A stretch of 64,000 nucleotides of DNA from Chrysomallon squamiferum (lineage: Eukaryota > Animalia > Mollusca): NCBI GenBank assembly GCA_012295275.1, contig CM022668.1, positions 1,922,001 to 1,986,000 on the forward strand, in the 5' to 3' direction. Made by a program: the position numbers and the translations under genes. The first letter of the stretch is position 1. Every line of letters begins with the position of its first letter. The notes beneath the pieces were generated by a model that made no database searches, was not told where the DNA came from, and saw only the letters and a program-made list of their open reading frames with translations. This document shows, in pieces, positions 56,330 to 64,000 of the stretch.

Positions 56330-58407
56330 ATACATAGTTGTCATCATACATCTGGATTATATACATATACAAGTCAGGATTTCAGAGGATGTATTACAGC
56401 TAGTAGATTAAACTGCAGACATCAGCTAGTAGCACACTGAAGTCCATCCTGCACCATTTTTATAAAACCATGTGTACAACATGTAAAGTGCATTTCAGAA
56501 AAAATAAACACAGAGATCTTAGAAATGCAGACTGAAATAAGTTAACATGATATTTGACAAATTAGCACTTCTACATTTTGTATTAAACACATTTTTTTAA
56601 GTTTATCAAAATTTCTGAGGTATGAGCTTTCTGTTTATGAAAAGGTGTACACACAAGATATGCTGCTGCTACTGATGAGAATAACTCACCAAGTGATAAA
56701 AACATATTTCCTGTCTACTGTTATCAAACATTAAAAACCCAGACATCTAATAAGTGTTAATATTACACAGTGCTGAGTTGTTAAACAGTTTACTGTGTTT
56801 TAATTACATGTCAAAAACAGAATTAATTATTAACACTTGAGTAATTATATAATCAGAATGATAAACACCTTGTTTTACCTTTTGTGTCTGATACAGATTT
56901 ATATGCACCCCTGAGAATTCCACATGAGAAAGAACATAAATAATTTATTAGCCAGTGTGAATAAACATTAACAGCATTTGTCTAGGTAATGTCTGTCTGA
57001 CATGCAAGTTATTTTGTTTTTACCACAACAGTATTGTTTGTATATAGCTTTTTGAGTGTGTTTATGATGTGTCTGTTGTTTATGTATATATAATGTGTGT
57101 GTGTGTGTGTGTGTGTGTATTTATGTTTATATGTGCTTGTGTTTGTGTGTGTGTTTGTGTGTGTGTTTGTGTTTGTGTGTGTGTTTGTGTTTTCTTCATT
57201 TTATGTGTTTGTATGTGCATTTTCTGACTTTTTAAAATAAATTTCTCTGAGTATCAACATTTACTTACTGTGTAAAGTGAAATAAAGAAAGCAGATCCAT
57301 ACTGCTGTGCAATCATAATGTACTGTTTAGATCTGTTTTACATAATATGTTGTTAAAACATAGGCATATCTGATAAATAGATTGATGTAGATGTTGATGT
57401 GTTTGAGTGTGTGTGTGTGTGTGTGTTTGTGTAAGGATGTAGTATATTTTACCAATGTAGTAATATTAATGCTGCATATGAATGATAATGATTATGATGA
57501 TGAAATATTAACATACAAAGAGGAATTTCTGTATGATGTATACAGTATTTTCTTCATCACATTCTAATTTTATCATTATCATGATTAATACACAGCACTA
57601 TTACTTTGTTTTACAGAATAAACTGATTAAGAGTCAAACAGAAAACTTGCAGCTTGTTCCCACAAATAATATAAAACAAATGACCTGAGATAAACAAATA
57701 TTTGTTAATATTTAAATTCAGATATTAGGAGACTAGATAAATTACTTGATAACCACTGAGTATGTTGCTATAACAACCACCTATCACAACTATCTACAGT
57801 TGTCACTATAGAAAGAATTTGTCAGTAGTGTTCTCCATGATAAATGAAATCAGTAACAGATAGTGTATCAGGATTGTTAGTAAAAGAAATCGCTGTCTTT
57901 TAACAGATTACACTTCTTAACAGATGGAGAATATAAAATATTATTGGTTATTTGAGTCTTTATAAAGGATAAAACAAGTCAATGTGGATTTAAATAGTTT
58001 TATAAAAATATGTATTTGTATATGAACTTTTTGTGTGTGTGTATACGAGTATGTGTTTATCTATGTGTGTATGTGCTTTGTTTGCATATGTACATTTTTC
58101 CCCAGGTAGTTATTTGTTTATTACAGGCGTTATCATTTTGTTATTTTAAAAAATAAAGACTTTTTTGACCTATATTAAATATGTTTAATATAAAAACCAA
58201 TATGAAATATCCAGGAATATATGTAGAAGTGTTAATTTGTCAAATATCATAATATAATTTTGAATTTGTATTTCTAAAATTTCTGTTTTTCTTTTTTCTT
58301 AATGCACTGTACAATTTACATATCTGACATTATGATGGTGGGACAGGATGGACTACAGTCTGTTACTGGCTACAGTCTGTTAATATGTAAGATGGATAGC
58401 TATAGAT

Positions 58408-58497
<90 letters not shown>

Positions 58498-58809
58498 TAT
58501 GTGTATGTATATATGTGTTAATGCATGTGTGTTCCAAAATATGCAAATCTAATTTGATATATTAGAAGTGCTGCTGTTGTTTAAGTAACAAAATCTGGCT
58601 CATTTACATTACGAACAATTACAAATATAAAAAAAATATAAAAAATTTATGATGTCCAAAAGCTTATTGTTATTAACAACTGACGATTCTGATAAATCAA
58701 ATATTACCTCAGGTTCCAAAAACACTTCCACCTTTTCATGTCCGTTTGTCTGTACTTCGCCAATTCCGCGACTGAGAAGCGAGAGATTCAAGGCACCCAC
58801 ACCAGCCAT
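20719..58809 (-). CDS. KIAA2012: KIAA2012 homologue, ~2,000 aa, with conserved N-terminus, long low-complexity middle and E/R/K coiled-coil C-terminus
   Basis: [62 protein letters not shown] and C-terminal [10 protein letters not shown] match the KIAA2012 family as I recall it. Phase-consistent GT-AG exons: 58809-58708, 56105-55821, 55381-55225, 54709-54524, 53907-53717, 53171-53050 (frameshifted), 48239-48018 (possible cassette), 47411-47270, 46872-46666, 46057-45959, 45637-45581, 45293-45228, 44899-44501, 42871-42725, 42246-42124, 40411-39254, 37753-37638, 36089-36009, 35152-35056, 34738-34529, 33954-33834, 33187-33112, 32368-32188, 31304-31206, 29811-29728, 29354-29298, 27965-27834, 26594-26496, 25385-25356 (uncertain), 24127-23907, 23233-23081, 22553-22345, 22224-22052, 21435-21285, 20965-20719. 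Confidence 0.88.
23236..23415. repeat. ~45-bp tandem repeat abutting a KIAA2012 acceptor
   Basis: AACATTACAAATAATAAACATAATAATAATTAACATRRCAATAGTT, about 4 copies. Confidence 0.75.
25820..26365. repeat. 20-bp minisatellite CATCAAACTGGATTATTATA, ~27 copies
   Basis: Directly visible and homogeneous, in register across lines. Confidence 0.95.
27428..27605 (+). mobile_element. Decayed tRNA-derived SINE
   Basis: A-box-like TGGAGTTCAGTGGTTAA and B-box GGTTCAAATCTC ~35 nt apart, with no cloverleaf, followed by a degenerate body. Confidence 0.5.
28975..29282. repeat. ~21-bp tandem repeat TGTAAAATGAAGTTGTTTA next to a KIAA2012 donor
   Basis: About 14 degenerate copies ending ~15 nt from the donor at 29297. 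Confidence 0.85.
32328..32800 (-). repeat. ~100-bp tandem repeat made of a KIAA2012 acceptor plus ~40 nt of exon
   Basis: The exonic TAGAACCTGA..ACTTTCTGTCTGTAA.ACAGAAA block recurs at ~32443, 32524, 32647 and 32748. Confidence 0.88.
33235..33780. repeat. (GATA)n/(GACA)n microsatellite tract
   Basis: Directly visible. Confidence 0.9.
33965..34480. repeat. Intron filled by a ~15-22-bp repeat (AGATACAACTGAAACTAGAACA) with a 60-bp higher-order unit
   Basis: Lines 34081, 34141 and 34201 are in register. The repeat occupies nearly the whole intron between two exons. Confidence 0.85.
39254..40411 (-). CDS. KIAA2012: Largest KIAA2012 exon (1158 nt, Ser/Asp/Glu-rich, probably disordered)
   Basis: Lies in the 410-aa ORF. 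Acceptor AAATAG| and donor CCAG|GTACAC, phase 1-1, compatible with the flanking exons. Confidence 0.85.
41370..42130 (-). repeat. ~57-bp AT-rich tandem repeat derived from the KIAA2012 donor at 42123
   Basis: Unit TTAAATAAAACTAATATTTAACTTTG resembles the real junction TTAAATCAAACTGATATTTACCTTTC. About 10 copies. Confidence 0.8.
44560..44865 (-). repeat. Coding 24-bp tandem repeat (8-aa unit K/QSD/GQSQLD) inside a KIAA2012 exon
   Basis: The frame set by the acceptor at 44900 reads [42 protein letters not shown] without stops. Confidence 0.8.
46060..46400. repeat. ~15-bp tandem repeat ATTATCAACACATAC abutting a KIAA2012 acceptor
   Basis: More than 20 degenerate copies starting at the acceptor (46058). 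Confidence 0.85.
49500..49920 (-). mobile_element. Possible decayed non-LTR retrotransposon (L1/Tx1-like) ORF2 C-terminal fragment
   Basis: [27 protein letters not shown] resembles the LHR...LL.KIG...S..C.FC motif near LINE zinc-binding tails. It is frameshifted and the match is weak. Confidence 0.3.
53405..53725 (-). repeat. Array of six degenerate copies of the KIAA2012 exon 5 donor
   Basis: AATT(A/C)A(T/C)T(C/T)ACCT-like motifs at ~53417, 53454, 53500, 53586, 53610 and 53691. The real donor is at 53716. Confidence 0.7.
54008..54085 (-). mobile_element. Probable SINE body fragment
   Basis: CCCATCCCAACCAGTGTCTCATGATTGTCAAAGTCTGTGGTTAGTGCTGTCCTG resembles gastropod SINE cores as I recall them, and loosely resembles 27510-27570. 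Confidence 0.35.
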
Positions 58810-58989
58810 GCTAATTTACGTGTCACCCTAACTCCAACTTACAAAACCGTGTTTTAGACGTGACCGCTCTGACAACTAAATCTGTTATTTTATTTACAAC
58901 ACTTCTGCATTTTTAATAACAATACTGAAAGATAACTAGTAATCCATGTCTTGTTTAGTGCATGTCAGTTTACACAGCGAATACTCGAA

Positions 58990-59110
58990 TCTCGTTAATC
59001 TTGTTAAAGATAACATCGATAAAAAGGGGCACTTTCTTCCGCCATGTTGTTTATTCGTTGCTGGGTGTCGTGACGTCACACTAATGAGCTCGTAAATCAG
59101 GTTTAACACC
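58990..59110 (-). promoter_or_regulatory. KIAA2012 promoter region
   Basis: CpG-retaining segment with CRE TGACGTCA (59071-59078) and YY1/ETS-like CAACATGGCGGAAG on the minus strand (59036-59049), ~240 nt upstream of the ATG. Confidence 0.6.
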
Positions 59111-59417
59111 CACAAGTGACATGAATCGAATCTATGAATCGCCATTTTTAAAGTTTAAGTAATTGATTTGGTGATATATATTTTACTTATATTTCTACTT
59201 GATATTGTTATTAAAGAATTAATATGATTAATATAATTTTATGTTCATGTTTATATTTCTATGAAACGTATAATTATTTATAAGAGCAAAATTTACGTTA
59301 TTTTATTTTATTTTATTTTATTTCATTTATTAATGATTTTATCATCTATTTCATTGTATTTATTTATTTACTTATTTTTTATATTTCTCTCTTCTGTATT
59401 TCTTTACAGGAATAACG

Positions 59418-59482
<65 letters not shown>

Positions 59483-59821
59483 AGGAAATATATATTACTA
59501 GGAAATATGTATAATCAGTGACGGATTTAGGTAGAAGCTAAACAAACTAAAGTTTAGGGCCTCACAGTCTGCATGGGGCGTCAAGAAGATTCCACGTTAG
59601 GTTTTATAGTCACTTTTACCTTAGGTAATCCTATCACATTACTTGAGGTTATGTAGTACTGATGCCGTCGTTCGTCGTCAATTTAGAAGAGCTGAGTATA
59701 CAGTACTTAGTATTAATAATGATTACCTATTTGTATAATTTTGTATTTATATAATATTTATAATCGTAAAACTGTAATATTAGTTTGGACTGACAAACAG
59801 TGTCACAAGAGTGTGCTGAAC

Positions 59822-60430
59822 TCAGTACCTTGTATGGTCACCAGCAATAGCAATCACTGCACGACATCTCCTTGGAATGAATGAGTCTGAACCTGTGCAC
59901 GTGGAGTCCTAGCCCATTCTTCCTGCAGTGCATAAAAGAGTTGAGGAAACGTCTGAGGTCCTGGTACAAATCTGTCCACTTTGTCACACTCATGTTCAGT
60001 GGGGTTGACTTTAAGCGATGTTAATGGCCTTGGCAGAACATTAATCTTTGCATTCTGTAGGAAACCCACAGTTATGTGTGATGTCTGCAGCCTGGTACTG
60101 TCTCGCCGAAAGATTTCTCTTTGTCGATCCAAAATGGAAAGGCAGATAATTTCTTCCCTGTAGCATACAGCTGTCAGGCTGCCTTGTGTGAACACAGGTC
60201 TACTTCTGTCTCCCCAACATCATAACACTCCTTTCACTGAATCTGTCGCCTTGATAACGTAGCTGTTGTCAAAATGTCCATTGCGGTGTTTGTAAACTCT
60301 TGTATGTCCATCAGGTCGCTGTCGAAGGAAACGTGACTCGTCACTGAACCATTCTCACCCCCACTTTCCCACGTTCCATCCCAGAACATTCGTACCCGTA
60401 AACCACCTTCTTGAAGTCAGTTCCATACAG
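59822..60430 (-). mobile_element. Decayed Tc1/mariner transposase remnant
   Basis: Minus-strand fragments WFSDESRF, DGHTRVY, GSVMM, NPTEH, LFYALQEEWAR and terminal AVIAIAGDHTRY* match Tc1 DDE motifs (FSDESRF, SPDLNPIEH, GGHTRY). Frameshifted, with a degraded catalytic region. Confidence 0.88.
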
Positions 60431-62244
60431 TTTGTGCAGATACCTTCTCAGTATTATTATTTGATAATATTATTTTAAAAATATCTTACTAATTCTATTA
60501 TTTATTTATTTATTTATTTATTATTATTATTATTATTACGTTTATGTGGATGGCACCTAATTATATAATCTATCTATCTATTCAATGTCTGCATGTCTGT
60601 CTATCTCTCTATCTATCTAACTGTCTGTATGTCTATCTCTCTCTGTTTCTATCCACCCATCCCTTCAGTATGTCTATTTGTATTTGTCTCCATCTGTCTA
60701 TGTTTCTAAGTTTCAGTCATTAAGTGTACCATACTGAGTGTACGTAGTCAGTGTAAAATGAACTGTGATGTCAGTGAAAACAGCACATAATATTTTTGTG
60801 TTTCATGTTGCATACTTTCTGGTAACCCAGCTTTGAGATCTTACCTGACTGGCAGTTTTCGACATTCACCACCATTTTGTAAGCATAAACATTTAACTAT
60901 ACACACACACGTGCGCACGCGCGCACACACACACACACACTGATACATTACATACATAGATACAACTTACACCCCCCATACCTTTAACTGGAACAGCTGA
61001 ATAGAACTGTCTTTTCAAATAAAGTTATTGTAGGCTGTGTAAACCTAGTAATAATGTAACGATTAGATGAAATCAAAATAGGCAAACTAATTCTGCTTTG
61101 AATTTGCTTTTCAGAAAGTGAGTCTTCTGTTTTCTGATATTTTAATATATATTTAATATTTAACATCGATTTCATCTTTCTTTTGACTGAAAGATGAATT
61201 CTACATTTCTGTGTATATTTATTTGGTGATATAGTTTATTTATTTATTTGATTGTTTCTTTGATTATTCATTCATTTATATATTTTTAAATTGTTTTTAA
61301 GTTGTTTCTTTGTTCCTTTCTTATATAGACAATTATAAATTATAATATATGCACCAATAACCACTGATGTTTGAACGTCTTTGCGTGTGTATATACGTTT
61401 TTGTGCGAGTGTGCGTGAATGTGCAAGAGTATGATTTCATTTTAGCTGGAGAGTAGAAATGTATGGGTTGAATATGTTTTGTCTCAATGTTTGTTTTACT
61501 TTTTCTCCCTCTCTGATATACTTACACACAGGTTGAAAACTCAGTAAATAATTCAATTATATAAACTTAAAGACATGTTTATATGTAACTCATAGTTCAT
61601 GAGATAAACAATATCCAATGAACAATGATTAGAAATTATTTCATCTGCATCCAGTGAACAGTGAAAAATTAGAAATTATTTCGTCTCAATTAAGGCAGTG
61701 AAGGTGAGCGAGGTAGGATTTTAGTTGTTGTTAAACATTCATAGTTTGCTGTATTCCAGAAGTATTCCCCATCCTCAGAGTAAAGTGTTACTGAATGCTG
61801 ATTTGTTTTACGTTGACGAAAATTCTTTTGTCTTCAAATCTGTATCACCACTGAAACCATCCATCAGTTTAGAGATTTATACGAAGTTAAGTATTCATTT
61901 TATGTATTAAAATAAAATTAAAAAGTCAGAAGAAGTATTACTAATTTATTAAAATTCTTTGTATGCTTTTATAGTAAGAAATCTTTGTGCTGAAAGTCAA
62001 TTTTTTTATTTATTTGAAGTTTTAAATATAAATGATTTAATTCATTCTGTTTCAAGTGAATCATTTCCATTCCTGTTCTTTCTTGTGATATATTTTTGTT
62101 TCAGTATTTATTTGCGTGGTATCTATACATATATATATATGTCAGTTTATCATTCATTACCTCACCTGTGGCTATCACTCTCCACCCTTCCTGTTTTTTC
62201 TTCTGTTGTTCTCCCCTCTGTCTCACGAATGATAATACTGATAT

Positions 62245-63250
62245 CTAGATCTTCCACTCCCCAGTAATCATCCTTCCTGTTGCTATAGCAATGAACTTTA
62301 CATTTAGAGGATTCTTATCTTTGGCTGATATAATCGTCCTAAAATTACTTCCATTGCGAGTACTCAGTATGAATCCATCTTTTGTTCCCCACTCCACCCT
62401 GAAAGTGAGAAATTCTGTGCAGCTCAAAAACATCTCAGTTGTCTCTCTGAGACGCACACACAGCTTCCAGCTTTGCCGACACTTGTGGATGGACGTGACA
62501 TTACCTGGCTGCTCTCCAAGACGTATTTCGTACCTGTTACTTGTGTTCTCACAGAGATATAGTCTAGCCGAGGCACATGCTTTAACAGCAAATGTCAGAG
62601 AATTCTGGTAGCCAAGATTAAACTTGGGGTAAATCAGTTTCTCAGTGACAGGCGTCATGTAGCTTTCTGACATTTCTGTAAATAGAATTAATTTGCTTTT
62701 ATGTAAATATTATTTGTCTGTCACTGTGTCTATCTACCTATCTATCTATCTATCTAGACAGATTGATACAGACGCACACACACATATACAAATTTTAATG
62801 ATTATTAGTATGATTGAGATTGTAAGTGTACTGTTTTATTAAATTCTTGTTGATATCATTTTTAGAAAAGTTTAGTGTCCGAGTATACAGGTTAACACAT
62901 TTTTTTTCATGCATTTACATTTTGATTATCGTGTGAAAAATACATTCCGTACTGCTTTGGAAGCTGTTGGATATATATAGCCAATTTGTTGATAATTTAA
63001 CTATAATCATCACCATTATTTTAACACCAATAACAGTATAATAAAATCTTAACAACAACAACACAACAACAAGAACAATAATTATCAAAATAACTACAAC
63101 AACAATAACTTCAGTAGTTACCTTGACGACAGGTGACATTGTTGCGCTGTAGAAGGTGACGAGTTGGACATACACATTGACGTTTCATCGACGGTAGTGG
63201 AAGACAGATGTAACTACAACCGCCGTTGTTTGTACTGCAGACTGAAGTAT
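62245..63250 (-). CDS. Partial gene: EGF-like exon (63250-63122) plus farnesoic acid O-methyltransferase-like (Methyltransf_FA) domain exon (~62666-62245); 5' part lies outside the window
   Basis: DTSVCSTNNGGCSYICLPLPSMKRQCVCPTRHLLQRNNVTC is an LDLR/LRP-type EGF repeat. SLTFAVKACASARLYL..YEIRLG...SIHKC..FLSCTEFLTFRVEW...ISAKDKNPLNVKFIAIATG..TGEWKI has Methyltransf_FA domain hallmarks. Confidence 0.75.
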
Positions 63251-63741
63251 CTGTCAACAGTAACAAACTGCAAGTCACACAAATAATTATTTATTTTTTA
63301 ATATATATTTATTTTTATTTATTTTTTATTAATAGTCATTGCCAAAGTTTCTCATAATAACGTCAGTCATTTTGTGCGTTAAAAAGACACACGAAAAAAT
63401 CGAAAAATAAAAGAAACAAAAAATAAAATAAGCCATCTACAAAAAGTTTAAAAAGTAGAATAATGAAGTGATGTAAATTTCAGTTAATGATTAGTTTATG
63501 GTTAGTTTATGGTGCTGTTTTGAAATGAGACATCAAAGGAGTGGACAGTTAACCCGCTCTCGGAAATTAAGTATTAACTAGCAAGAACCTGTTATAATCT
63601 GTGATTTGTTATACATCTTCATCAAACCAAACTGTGCTCCTACATTGATTATTTTACTTTGACCACGTCCATCTTTGTTCACTCGAACAAGTCTGAAATT
63701 ATGTGAGTGGTTATCATTAGAGGATATACATTCATTAAACA

Positions 63742-63778
<37 letters not shown>

Positions 63779-63796
63779 TCTTTCTATCTAAATCTG

Positions 63797-63863
<67 letters not shown>

Positions 63864-64000
63864 GTCTGTCTATCTATCTATCTATCTATCTATATACACC
63901 CATACACAACTATACCATACATATATATACAAACATATATAAAAAACATACGTGCACACACACACACACACATACGCACACGCACACACACAAGAATTGG

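Noticed and set aside
59515-59590. CAGTGACGGATTTAG...GGGCCTC, resembling a non-autonomous DNA transposon end
   Set aside because: No matching inverted terminus or target-site duplication was found in the window.
60843-60895. Minus-strand CLQNGGEC EGF-like peptide ending at CAG|GTAAG
   Set aside because: Too short, lacks the full cysteine pattern and a clear acceptor. It could be chance or a relic.
61690-61870. Additional exon of the EGF/Methyltransf_FA gene
   Set aside because: Each minus-strand frame is interrupted by stops and no convincing splice pair was found.

Overview
AT-rich, microsatellite-dense, intron-rich animal DNA, most likely a mollusc (gastropod-like; this is inference). Genes, left to right: (1) a vasopressin/oxytocin-family (conopressin/cephalotocin-type) GPCR on +, with two coding exons; (2) a five-exon PAF acetylhydrolase IB catalytic subunit (PAFAH1B2/3-like, SGNH hydrolase) on +, preceded by a ~105-bp-arm inverted repeat; (3) a ~35-exon KIAA2012 homologue on - (58809 to 20719, ~2,000 aa) with an apparent 2-nt frameshift in exon 6; (4) a decayed Tc1/mariner transposase; (5) the 3' part of a minus-strand gene with an EGF exon and a farnesoic-acid-O-methyltransferase-like domain. 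The main unexplained pattern is that exon-intron junctions in all three complete genes have been tandemly copied into the adjacent intron, giving arrays of decoy donors and acceptors. One copy duplicates the start of the GPCR TM7 exon. RFX X-box palindromes overlap several splice sites. Exon coordinates were read by hand and need RNA confirmation.
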